A stretch of DNA of 64,000 bases, taken from contig JAAXHN010000005.1 in the NCBI GenBank assembly GCA_012270885.1, forward strand, positions 5,775 to 69,774. The letters are read 5' to 3'. Below the pieces are notes generated by a model, which was not told where the DNA came from, ran no database searches, and saw only the letters and a program-made list of their open reading frames with translations. This stretch comes from Acidimicrobiia bacterium (GTDB taxonomy: Bacteria; Actinomycetota; Acidimicrobiia; Spongiisociales; ZC4RG35). The translations under genes and the position numbers were made by a program. Shown here one piece after another: positions 11,351 to 20,138 of this stretch; position 1 is the first letter of the stretch; each line of letters begins with the position of its first letter.

Positions 11351-13117
11351 TTGAACTCGTCCCCCATCCCCTCCGACCTGGACATCGCCCAGGCCGCCCA
11401 GGTGATTCCCATCACCGAGATAGCCGACCGGGTGGGAATCAGAACCGAAGAACTGATCCCCTACGGGCACGACAAGGCAAAGGTACACCTCGACATCCTG
11501 CAACGGGTTCGCAACCGCCCGCGGGGCCGCTACGTGGACGTGACCGCCATCACCCCCACTCCCCTCGGTGAGGGTAAGACCACCACCACCATCGGCCTGA
11601 CCCAGGGCCTGGGAGCCCGGGGCCGAAACGTCATGGCCTGCATTCGCCAGCCCAGCATGGGTCCCACCTTCGGCATCAAAGGGGGTGCGGCCGGAGGAGG
11701 CTACAGCCAGGTGATCCCCATGGAGGAGTTCAATCTCCACCTGACCGGGGACCTGCACGCCATCGGGGTGGCCCACAACCTGGCGGCCGCCGCCATCGAC
11801 GCCCGTTGGTACTTCGAGGAGAGGCTCAGCGATGCGAAATTGGCGGAGAGGGGACTCGTGCGCCTGAGCATCGATCCCCACCGGATCCTGTGGCGGCGGG
11901 TCGTCGACGTGAACGACCGGGCACTTCGCAGCATCGTGCTGGGACTGGGAGGCCGGGCCGACGGGCTGCCGCGCGAGACCGGCTATGACATCACGGTGGC
12001 AAGCGAGATCATGGCCATCCTGGCCCTGGTGGACGGACAGGACTACGCCTCGGCTCTCCGCAACCTGAGGGAGCGTTGCGGAAGGATCGTGTTCGGCACA
12101 TCCAAGGGCGGGGATCCGCTCACCCTCGAGGACCTGGGGGTGGCTGGAGCGGTGACCGTGTTGATGAAGGACGCCCTTCATCCCACCCTGATGCAGACCC
12201 TGGAGGGACAGGGTGTCTTCGTGCACGCCGGACCCTTCGCCAATATCGCCCATGGCAATTCTTCGGTGCTAGCCGACCGGGTGGCCCTGCAACTGGCCGA
12301 CTACGTGGTTACCGAATCGGGGTTCGGCGCCGACATGGGAATGGAGAAATTCTTCAACATAAAGTGCCGGACCTCGGGCCTGGTTCCCGACTGCGTGGTG
12401 CTGACCACCACCATCCGCGCCCTCAAGGCCCAGGGAGGAGGCCCGCCGGTGAGACCGGGACGGCCCCTTCCCAGCGCCTACGTCGAGGAGAACCTGGAGT
12501 TGCTGGGAGAAGGCGTGGCGAACCTCCAGACCCACCTCAACAACGTAAAGCAGTTCGGAGTACCGGCCGTGGTGGCGGTGAACGTGTTTCCCACTGACAC
12601 CGAGCGGGAGATCGAATACCTCCGGGCGGCGGCTGCCGAGGCCGGATCTCATGCGGTTGCGGCCACCACCCACTGGGCCAACGGAGGCCAGGGGGCGCTG
12701 GAGATGGCCGAGGCCGTCGAGGACGCCTGCACCGTACCGGGCGACTTCTCCCTGCTGTATCCCGATGAACTCTCCCTCAAGGAGAAAATCGCAACCATCG
12801 CCCGGAAGGTCTACGGGGCGGCGGACGTCTCGTACACCGCCCTTGCCAACCGTCAACTCGCCCAGTACGAGAAGGCGGGGTTCGGTGATCTGCCTATCTG
12901 CATGGCCAAGACCCACCTTTCGATCAGCCATGACCCCAGTCTCAGGGGGGCCCCACGGGGATATACGCTGCCCATCCGGGAAGTGCGCGCCTCGGTGGGG
13001 GCCGGGTTCATCTATCCATTGGTTGGCGCTGTGCGCACCATGCCTGGCCTGTCGTCGGCTCCGGCCTATCTGAACGTCGATCTCGACTCGTCCGGAAAGG
13101 TGGTGGGCCTGTTCTGA
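11351..13117 (+). CDS. fhs: Formate--tetrahydrofolate ligase
   Basis: SDLDIAQAAQVIPITEIA...YGHDKAKV...TPTPLGEGKTTTTIGL is the FTHFS signature. I chose TTG 11351 as the start because AGGAGG (11339-11344) lies 6 nt upstream. The ORF track begins at GTG 11306. Confidence 0.9.
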   Translation: MNSSPIPSDLDIAQAAQVIPITEIADRVGIRTEELIPYGHDKAKVHLDILQRVRNRPRGRYVDVTAITPTPLGEGKTTTTIGLTQGLGARGRNVMACIRQPSMGPTFGIKGGAAGGGYSQVIPMEEFNLHLTGDLHAIGVAHNLAAAAIDARWYFEERLSDAKLAERGLVRLSIDPHRILWRRVVDVNDRALRSIVLGLGGRADGLPRETGYDITVASEIMAILALVDGQDYASALRNLRERCGRIVFGTSKGGDPLTLEDLGVAGAVTVLMKDALHPTLMQTLEGQGVFVHAGPFANIAHGNSSVLADRVALQLADYVVTESGFGADMGMEKFFNIKCRTSGLVPDCVVLTTTIRALKAQGGGPPVRPGRPLPSAYVEENLELLGEGVANLQTHLNNVKQFGVPAVVAVNVFPTDTEREIEYLRAAAAEAGSHAVAATTHWANGGQGALEMAEAVEDACTVPGDFSLLYPDELSLKEKIATIARKVYGAADVSYTALANRQLAQYEKAGFGDLPICMAKTHLSISHDPSLRGAPRGYTLPIREVRASVGAGFIYPLVGAVRTMPGLSSAPAYLNVDLDSSGKVVGLF

Positions 13118-13595
13118 GGTAGGCCGCACGACCGGTGGAAGGACCCTCATGCGGGCGGCACCTAGCGAGGACGGGCCAGGAGTCTGTGGTCTGCGGCGAC
13201 GTCCTGTTAAGAGGCGAGAAAGTCAAACCAGGACCTCTCCGACCCCACCCACTACCATGAATCCGTCCCCCTAAGTCGCGAAAACCGGGCCATCCCTTTC
13301 TTACCCATCGGGCCCGCCCCCGCCGCCACCACCACAGGGCTGAACGCGGTCCGCCGGCCCGGCCAGGGGAGGCGTTCGACAAGTTATGACCTCCTGCCCG
13401 CCAGGGGCGCTCCTTGTGCGGTCCGGACGACGTCGGAACGGACCGGGAGGTGTTCGACTCCATCAATGTGCATCGGGCCTGTGACAGGAATCAACGCACC
13501 ACCGGTACTTTCTGTCCCTTTTTTCCGCGACTTCCCACCACCCGCACATCTCCCGGCCCACCCTCCGAACCACCTACGCGGTTCAAACCGGCAGA

Positions 13596-13943
13596 TCAGC
13601 CGGTGTCAGGCGTCGATTCGATTGTCCGCAACAGCCGATAGTGCAGGGAACTGGCATCGGCCGGAGGGTCCTTGACCTCGGTTTTCTCCACCTCAAGGAC
13701 ATAGGAGACTCCCTCTGTGTGAGTGAACCCTTCGATGCCGCTATAGAACTATTCCCAGTCGGCGTTCTCCGACTCCTTCACCAGCAGACACTGGCGGGGA
13801 CCTACCCCCACGCAGTCCACCAGTTCGGGGCCGACCCACATCCGGACAACCCGGCCCCCCGAACAGGGGCCCCAGGCGATCGCCATAAAGCAGGAGGAAG
13901 AGCAACGTCGTTGCGATCCGGGCCGCCGCTGCCGAATCACCAT
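13596..13943 (-). pseudogene. DUF4377-like small protein gene interrupted by an in-frame TAG
   Basis: Minus-strand frame reads ...MWVGPELVDCVGVGPRQCLLVKESENADWE-[TAG 13749-13751]-FYSGIEGFTHTEGVSYVLEVEKTEVKDPPADASSLHYRLLRTIESTPDTG-TGA(13596). The C..GVGP..C...W.FY..IEGF...G..Y.L.V......PPADASS pattern matches DUF4377 as I remember it. A clean signal peptide is missing or lies in another frame. Confidence 0.5.
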
Positions 13944-13991
13944 CCAAGTTCAAATCTCCGCGTCGAACGGTGAGCCCTCTCTTTTACAGAT

Positions 13992-14000
13992 TGCTAAAAT
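13992..14000 (+). promoter_or_regulatory. Candidate extended -10 promoter element for the fdh operon
   Basis: TGCTAAAAT (TGn + TAAAAT) in the only AT-rich patch upstream of 14046. No convincing -35 element. Confidence 0.3.
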
Positions 14001-14045
14001 AACTTACGGGCCGAGCCAGCCCCTTCAAGTCAAGGAGAGTCAACT

Positions 14046-15947
14046 ATGGGAAGAAAGACCCGGCTGACCCATCCGCTGGTGCGACACAACGGCGCACTTC
14101 GAGAAGCCACCTGGGCCGAGGCCCTGGCCGCGGCGGCCCGTGGCCTGGGCGGGGTGCGGGATGCTCACGGCGGAGAGGCACTAGGGCTGTTTTCCTGCTC
14201 CAAAGCCACCAACGAGACCAACTATCTGGCACAGAAGTTCGCTCGGGTGGTGATGAGCACCAACAACGTAGATTCCTGCAACCGGACCTGACACGCTCCC
14301 AGCGTCGCCGGTCTGGCGACGGTTTTCGGAGCCGGAGGGGGGACCAGTTCCTATGAGGAGATGGATGACGCCGAGGTGGTGATCCTGTGGGGATCGAACG
14401 CCCGAGCCGCCCATCCCATCTTCTTTCACCGGATCATCCGGGCAGTCCGGCGCGGCGCCACATTGTTCTGTGTGGACCCGCGACGAAGCGAGTCCTCGGA
14501 ATGGGCCGACCTTTGGCTGGGAATCGACGTCGGGTCCGACATCGCCCTATCCAACGCGGTGGCTCGCGAGATCCTGGCAAATGGCCTGGAGAACCGGGAG
14601 TTCATCGAACGGGCGACCCTCCATTTCGGCGAATACGCCCAGAGCGTGGAGGAGTGGACCCTCGAGCGCGGCGAGGAAGTTACCGGCGTACCCGCTGCCG
14701 CCATCCGCTCCCTGGCCCACACCTACGCCAAAGCCGATCGCGCCCAGTTGTGCTGGACTCTGGGAATAACCGAGCATCACAACGCCACCGACAACGTGCT
14801 GGCCCTCATCAACCTGGCCCTGCTTTGCGGACATGTGGGCCGCTACGGGTCGGGCCTGGTACCGCTCCGGGGCCAGAACAACGTGCAGGGAGGGGGCGAT
14901 ATGGGGGCGATCCCCAACAAGTTCCCCGGTTTCCAGGATGTCGAGTCGGACGAAATCCGGGGCCGCTTTGAGGCGGCATGGAAGGCATCCGTCCCTCCTC
15001 GTAAGGGACTTCATCTCACCCAGATGTTCGAAGCCATGGAGGAGGGACACCTGCGAGGCCTGTACGTCATCGGAGAGAATCCCGCGGAGTCCGAAGCGGA
15101 CGTCAATCGAGCCCGCGGCCTCTTGGAGGGACTCGACTTCATAGTGGCCCAGGACATCTTCCTAACCCGCACCGCCCAGATGGCCGATGTGGTGTTCCCG
15201 GCGGCGGCCGACTGGTGCGAGGCCGAGGGCACGGTTACCTCCAGCGAACGACGGGTCCAGAGGGTGCGCCCCGCCCTTCGCCCCCCTGGAGAAGCCCGCA
15301 CCGACTCCCACATCATCTGCTCTCTGGCCACCGCCATGGGCCACGACTGGGGTCTCCCCGCGGCCGAGGAGGTCTGGGACGAAATGCGCAGCCTCTCCCC
15401 CATGCACGGCGGCATGTCGTACCGTCGTTTGGAAGAGAACGGCGGACTGCAGTGGCCCTGCTACGACGAGGACCATCCCGGGGAGTTGTTTCTTCACTCC
15501 CGCCTGTGGGCAGACCCGCCAGGCGGCCCGTTGGCGCCCTTCACCCCGGTGGAGTGGGTACCTCCGGTGGACCGCCTGACCGAGGACTATCCCGTCCGGC
15601 TCACCACCGGACGTCATCTCGACTCCTACAACACCGGCGTGCAGAGCGGTTCTCTCAAGTCTCCGATCCGGATCGGAGGGACGATCGACATCTCACCCGA
15701 GGACTGCTCGGAGTGGGGCGTCTCGGAAGGAGAAGAGGTACGGGTCACTTCCCGGAGGGGATCTATCACGGTTCCCGCCCGGGTGGACGAGAGCCTCCGG
15801 CCCGGCCTGGTCTTCATGTCCCTTCACTTTCCCGAGGAAGTCGACATCAACCAACTCACCATCGAGGCCTGGGATCCCAAGAGCGGCACCGCCGAATTCA
15901 AGGCCACCGCGGTGCGAGTGGAGAAAATGCCTGCTCCGGTCGGGTAG
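14046..15947 (+). CDS. Formate dehydrogenase catalytic (Mo/W-bisPGD) fragment, selenocysteine-containing, lacking the N-terminal Fe-S domains
   Basis: ORF-track entries 14046..14291 and 14361..15947 are in the same frame and are separated only by TGA 14289-14291. The read-through sequence is ...NNVDSCNRT-U-HAPSVAGLATVFGAGGGTSSYEEMDDAEVVILWGSN.... It also has LRGQNNVQGGGDMG and a C-terminal molydopterin-binding barrel. AAGGAGA RBS lies 7 nt before the ATG. Confidence 0.85.
14303..14321 (+). promoter_or_regulatory. SECIS-like hairpin (selenocysteine insertion element)
   Basis: CGTCGCC-GGTCT-GGCGACG is a perfect 7-bp stem starting 11 nt after the TGA. The GGUCU apical loop resembles the E. coli fdhF SECIS. 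Confidence 0.7.
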
Positions 15948-15967
15948 CATCGCCAACCCATCTCCTC

Positions 15968-17779
15968 ATGGACCTGCGTTTCACAGATGCCCAACCCACC
16001 GCAGCCGAGCGGGAGGCGGTGGAATCAGTTATCGGTCCCGCCAGGGTGGACAGCCACCAGCGGGTCCGAACCGCCTCCAATCTCAGGATCTTCGCCAAGG
16101 GAATGCAGAGCGTGGCGGACCGACGCCACCTGTTGCTGCCGGCGCTGGAGGCCGTGCAATCCGAGATAGGTTGGGTCTCGGAGGGGGCGCTGATGCACAT
16201 CTGCCGGGAACTCTCGGTCCCACCGGCCGAGGCTTGGGGAGTGGCGACCTTCTATTCCCTCATCTCGGTCGACCCTTCCCCGCCGGTGGTTCTCCACGTC
16301 TGTGACGACATCGTGTGCCGCCGGGTCGGGGCCCTGGAGTTGATGGAAGGACTGGAGGCCAACGGGCAGACACCCAATACCCGATGGCTACCCTCGCCCT
16401 GCCTTGGACAGTGCGACCGGGCTCCTGCAGCCTACATCCAGCGGGCCGGAGAAGACGACCAGGTCCTGGTCTCCATCGACCCCCGGACGCGGCCCATAGG
16501 ACCGGACGGGAGCGTCGTTGCGGCCAACGGTCAACAAGAGAGTCCCGCGGCGCCCCAGGCAGGCCAAGCCCATCTCCGGATATTGAGGAGGGTGGGGACG
16601 GTGAATCCCCGGTCGCTCGACTCCTATTTGGCGGCGGGCGGCTACCGGGCCCTCGAAGAGGCGGTGGAGATGGGGCCTGCGGCGGTTGTTGCCGAGGTCA
16701 AGGCGTCCAACCTTCGGGGACGGGGCGGGGCGGCCTTCCCCGCCTGGATCAAGTGGGAGGCCGTGGCCAACTCGCCGGAGCCGGTCCGCTACCTGATTTG
16801 CAACGCCGACGAGTCGGAGCCCGGCACCTTCAAGGACCGGGTGCTGATGGAGGACGATCCGTTCTCGGTGATCGAGGCGATGACCATCTCCGGCTACGCG
16901 ATCGGAGCTCGCAAGGGCTATCTGTACATCCGGGGAGAGTATCCCCTGGCCACCCGGCGCCTCCGGTCAGCCATACACCAGGCGCGAGATGCAGGTCTCC
17001 TGGGTGAATCGACGAGGAACGGAGTTTCTTTCGACATCGATCTCCGCCGCGGGCAGGGCGCGTATATCTGCGGCGAGGAAACCGCCCTGATGAACTCCAT
17101 CGAAGGCTTGAGGGGAGAACCCCGCAACAAACCGCCCTTCCCCACCGTTTCCGGACTGTTCGGCAAGCCGACCGTCATCAACAATGTGGAGACGCTCTGC
17201 AATGTCCTTGACATCGTCGCCGACGGGGGGAGCAACTTCGCCTCGGTGGGCACCCCCCAGTCAACCGGGCCCAAGCTCTTCTGCCTGTCCGGCTCGGTGC
17301 GCCGGCCCGGGACCTACGAAGTGGAGTTCGGCGCCACTCTGGGCGACCTGATCGAGTTGGCCGGGGGATTACCCGAGGGCCGCAGGTTACGGGCCATCCT
17401 CCTGGGGGGAGCCGCCGGCTCCTTCGTGCTGCCCGACCTCCTGGAGATGCCTCTCACCTTCGAGGCGGCCTCCGAAGCCGGAGTCTCCCTGGGGTCGGGA
17501 GTGATTATGGCTTTCGATCAGCACACCGACTTCGGAGACATCCTGGCAAGAATCGCCGCTTTCTTCCGTGACGAGACCTGCGGACAGTGCGTTCCGTGCC
17601 GGGTTGGTACTGTACGGGTCGAAGAGGCGCTGGCGAGAATACGGCGCGATCCCCAGCCCGGAGATTTGGAACTGATCGAAGAAATAGACCTGGCAATGAG
17701 GGACGCATCCATCTGCGGACTGGGACACACCGCCGCCATCGCCCTGCGCTCGGCTCTGGAGCTTGGACTGCTGGAATGA
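15968..17779 (+). CDS. NuoE-NuoF fusion (NAD(H)-binding diaphorase module; FdsG-FdsB-like)
   Basis: The track ORF 15215..17779 is over-extended; the start is ATG 15968 (MDLRFTDAQ...). The N-terminal half is a thioredoxin-like 2Fe-2S domain (VCDDIVC...PCLGQC). The C-terminal half carries the NuoF motifs GRGGAAFP, NADESEPGTFKDR and ETCGQCVPCRVG...ICGLG. Confidence 0.9.
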   Translation: MDLRFTDAQPTAAEREAVESVIGPARVDSHQRVRTASNLRIFAKGMQSVADRRHLLLPALEAVQSEIGWVSEGALMHICRELSVPPAEAWGVATFYSLISVDPSPPVVLHVCDDIVCRRVGALELMEGLEANGQTPNTRWLPSPCLGQCDRAPAAYIQRAGEDDQVLVSIDPRTRPIGPDGSVVAANGQQESPAAPQAGQAHLRILRRVGTVNPRSLDSYLAAGGYRALEEAVEMGPAAVVAEVKASNLRGRGGAAFPAWIKWEAVANSPEPVRYLICNADESEPGTFKDRVLMEDDPFSVIEAMTISGYAIGARKGYLYIRGEYPLATRRLRSAIHQARDAGLLGESTRNGVSFDIDLRRGQGAYICGEETALMNSIEGLRGEPRNKPPFPTVSGLFGKPTVINNVETLCNVLDIVADGGSNFASVGTPQSTGPKLFCLSGSVRRPGTYEVEFGATLGDLIELAGGLPEGRRLRAILLGGAAGSFVLPDLLEMPLTFEAASEAGVSLGSGVIMAFDQHTDFGDILARIAAFFRDETCGQCVPCRVGTVRVEEALARIRRDPQPGDLELIEEIDLAMRDASICGLGHTAAIALRSALELGLLE

Positions 17780-18771
17780 CCCAACCCGAGACCACCGAGA
17801 CTGCCAACACCGTCAGCCTGACGATCGATGGCTCTCCGGTGGAAGTCCGGCCGGACGCCACTCTCCTGGAGGCATGCCGCCAGATGGGCACCGAGGTGCC
17901 CACCCTCTGTTATCTCGAGACACTCACCCCTGTTAACGTGTGCCGGATCTGCGTGGTGGAGGTGGAACGCAACCGCACCCTGGTCCCCGCATGTTCACGG
18001 ATAGCCGAGGAGGGCATGGTGGTGAAGACCGACTCCGAGCGGGTCCGCCACAGCCGAAAGATGATCCTGGAATTCCTGGGATCCTCGGTCGACCTCTCAG
18101 CGGCCGAAGACGAAGTCGGAGAATGGATGGAGCAATACCAGGCTGATCCGGCCCGGTACGGTCCACAGTCGGAGCCAACCGCCGCCGGGGAGAGAGGCCG
18201 GCGCCATCCGGGACACCATGGCGAGGTCAACGGCCGGACGGCTGAAGGAGTGCATCAACCGACCAAGGTGGACAACACCCTCTATGTCCGCGATTACTCC
18301 CGCTGCATCCTCTGTTACAAATGCGTAGAAGCATGCGGGATCGACGCCCAGGGAACCTACGCCATCGCGGTGGCGGGGCGAGGTTTCGACGCTCGGATCT
18401 CCACCGAGATGGACCTTCCCCTGGGCGACGGAGCCTGCGTCTTCTGTGGCAACTGCATCGGGGTTTGTCCCACCGGCGCTCTCATGTTCCGCTCCGAGTG
18501 GGAACTGCGGCGAGCGGAGCTCTGGGATCCCGACGCCCAGTCGGTTACCCGGACGGTCTGCTCCTACTGTGGGGTGGGCTGCAACCTGGAGCTACACACC
18601 CAGGACAATCGGATCGTCAAGGTGACTTCTCCCCAGGATCACGACGTCACCAGCGGCCATCTGTGCATCAAGGGCCGGTTCGGCTACGACTACGTCCAGA
18701 ATCTGGGCGATGTGGACCGAAGCTCGATCGACGAGGTGTTGGCGGCGGCCCGCCGTCCGGCTCCCGAGTAG
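17776..18771 (+). CDS. Formate dehydrogenase alpha N-terminal Fe-S fragment (NuoG-N-like)
   Basis: Start ATG 17776 overlaps the previous stop (ATGA). Contains 2Fe-2S (CYLETLTPVNVCRIC...AC), two 4Fe-4S motifs (CILCYKCVEAC, CVFCGNCIGVCP) and the Mo-domain cluster (CSYCGVGCNLE...HLCIKGRFGYDYV). It terminates where the Mo domain should continue. Confidence 0.85.
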   Translation: MTQPETTETANTVSLTIDGSPVEVRPDATLLEACRQMGTEVPTLCYLETLTPVNVCRICVVEVERNRTLVPACSRIAEEGMVVKTDSERVRHSRKMILEFLGSSVDLSAAEDEVGEWMEQYQADPARYGPQSEPTAAGERGRRHPGHHGEVNGRTAEGVHQPTKVDNTLYVRDYSRCILCYKCVEACGIDAQGTYAIAVAGRGFDARISTEMDLPLGDGACVFCGNCIGVCPTGALMFRSEWELRRAELWDPDAQSVTRTVCSYCGVGCNLELHTQDNRIVKVTSPQDHDVTSGHLCIKGRFGYDYVQNLGDVDRSSIDEVLAAARRPAPE

Positions 18772-18781
18772 CCCAGGGCGT

Positions 18782-19630
18782 TCAGGCCAGCGCAGGACTC
18801 TTCCGACGCAGGTGATCCCTTATCCGGGATGCCGTAAGGGCGACGAAGAACAGTGACACCGAGATGACAACGATGGTGGCCGAGGCGGCCGTTGAATACT
18901 GATAGCTGATCACCAGGCCGCTCACCACCGAGAAGATCGCGATAACGGCCGAGACAGCCATTACCAGCACCACCCGCCGGACCAGGATTATGGCGGTGGC
19001 CGGAGGCCCGATCAACAAGCCGAACACCAGGATGGCGCCCACCCCCTGGAACAGCACCACCATGGTCCCGGTGATAAGGGCCAGCAGCGTCAGATGGGCC
19101 ATCCGGGGACGGAGGTCCATCATCTCGGCTTTCGGTTCATTGAAGGCGAGAGCCAGGAACGACCGGTACATCACCACTGAGATTGCCGAGGCTGCCACCA
19201 GGCCGGCGGCCTCCAGCAGGATGCCGCCGGTTGTCACTCCCAGAAGGTCGCCGAACAGAACCGCGGTGATCGAGACCGAGAAGGAAGCGGTCAGCGAGAT
19301 GATCACCACCCCCAGGGACAGCATGCCCACGAACAGGAGCCCGATCCCGATGTCGGCGCTGAGCTTGGTGTGCTGATGAACCTGGTTGATCCCCCAAACC
19401 ATCACAATCCCGGCCGCCAGGGCTCCCCAAAGGGGATTGATTCCCAACACCAGCGCCATGGCCACACCCGGAATAATCCCGTGCGCCACGGCGTCTCCCA
19501 TAAAGGACATCCCGCGAATCACCACCCAGGTGCCCACCACCGAGGTAAGCAACCCGGCCAGCACCCCGGCGAGAAGCGCCCGCTGCTGGAAGGCAAGTTC
19601 AAAGGGCTCTAACAACCAGTCCATGTACAT
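18782..19630 (-). CDS. Metal (Zn/Mn/Fe) ABC transporter permease, ABC-3 family
   Basis: 282 aa. FQQRALLAGVLAGLLTSVVGTWVVIRGMSFMGDAVAHGIIPGVA is the ZnuB/MntB-type pattern. Confidence 0.9.
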   Translation of the reverse strand: MYMDWLLEPFELAFQQRALLAGVLAGLLTSVVGTWVVIRGMSFMGDAVAHGIIPGVAMALVLGINPLWGALAAGIVMVWGINQVHQHTKLSADIGIGLLFVGMLSLGVVIISLTASFSVSITAVLFGDLLGVTTGGILLEAAGLVAASAISVVMYRSFLALAFNEPKAEMMDLRPRMAHLTLLALITGTMVVLFQGVGAILVFGLLIGPPATAIILVRRVVLVMAVSAVIAIFSVVSGLVISYQYSTAASATIVVISVSLFFVALTASRIRDHLRRKSPALA

Positions 19631-19675
19631 CCTTTAGAATCGGGTTCACAGTCGGAAGGTGCGACCTTTATAAAT

Positions 19676-19690
19676 TGATAATCATTATCA
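19676..19690. promoter_or_regulatory. Fur-family operator (perfect 7-1-7 palindrome)
   Basis: TGATAAT-C-ATTATCA ends 2 nt before the regulator ATG. It is identical to the core of the classical Fur box GATAATGATAATCATTATC. It sits in the divergent region between the permease and regulator genes, next to TATAAAT. Confidence 0.7.
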
Positions 19691-19691
19691 T

Positions 19692-20138
19692 ATGCGCATA
19701 GTGCTTGGACTTCACGCCAAAGTTGAAGAGAGCTTGCGCTCACAGGGGGTGCGCTACACCACCAACCGCAGGGCGCTAATCGAGGCGCTGGACAACACCC
19801 CCGGCCCTCTCACCGTCGATGAGCTCTACCGGGTGACGGAGCCGCGGATCCCCTACTCCTCCATCTATCGGGACGTCCGCGTCCTGACCGATACCCAGGT
19901 GCTCACCCTCCATCACAGCGCCGACCGGTCCAACCGCTTCGAACTGGCCGAGTGGTTGTCGGGGCATCATCATCACCTGGTGTGCGAGGCGTGCATGGCC
20001 ATCTCCGACATCTCCCTGCACCCCGATTCCGAACTCCGCCTCTCCCGGTTGGCGGAGAGCGCGGCGGCCAACACCGGGTACCGGGTAACCGGCCACACGC
20101 TGGAGATCGAGGGCCTGTGCCCGGAGTGCGATTCATGA
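19692..20138 (+). CDS. Fur-family metalloregulator (Zur/Mur/Fur-like)
   Basis: 148 aa with a winged-helix N-terminus, HHSADR, GHHHHLVCEAC and a C-terminal CPEC metal site. Confidence 0.85.
   Translation: MRIVLGLHAKVEESLRSQGVRYTTNRRALIEALDNTPGPLTVDELYRVTEPRIPYSSIYRDVRVLTDTQVLTLHHSADRSNRFELAEWLSGHHHHLVCEACMAISDISLHPDSELRLSRLAESAAANTGYRVTGHTLEIEGLCPECDS

Noticed and set aside
13447-13461. A tRNA-like T-arm, GGAGGTGTTCGACTCC, reminiscent of the GGTTCGACTCC in E. coli tRNA-Sec and attractive given the nearby Sec codon.
   Set aside because: There is no complementary acceptor-stem sequence at the expected distance. The loop length is wrong for a T-loop, and I could not fold an anticodon arm carrying UCA. 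Other TTCAAAT/TTCGA matches (around 13581 and 13945) also lack stems.
14292-14360. The gap between ORFs 14046..14291 and 14361..15947 interpreted as a frameshifted or pseudogenised formate dehydrogenase.
   Set aside because: Both ORFs are in the same frame. The only interruption is a single TGA at the catalytic Sec/Cys position, followed by a SECIS-like hairpin. Selenocysteine recoding is the better explanation.
15215-15967. N-terminal extensions in the ORF track: 15215.. for NuoEF, 6597..8699 for nuoL, 8911 for nuoK, 9492 for nuoJ, 11415 for nuoH, 41266 for purL, 28791 for prfA, 51141 for the FNR fusion, and 53863 for the hydantoinase.
   Set aside because: The extended parts overlap upstream genes and are low-complexity. 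The family-typical N-termini begin at internal ATG/GTG codons, which also produce 1-, 4- or 8-nt overlaps with the preceding gene.
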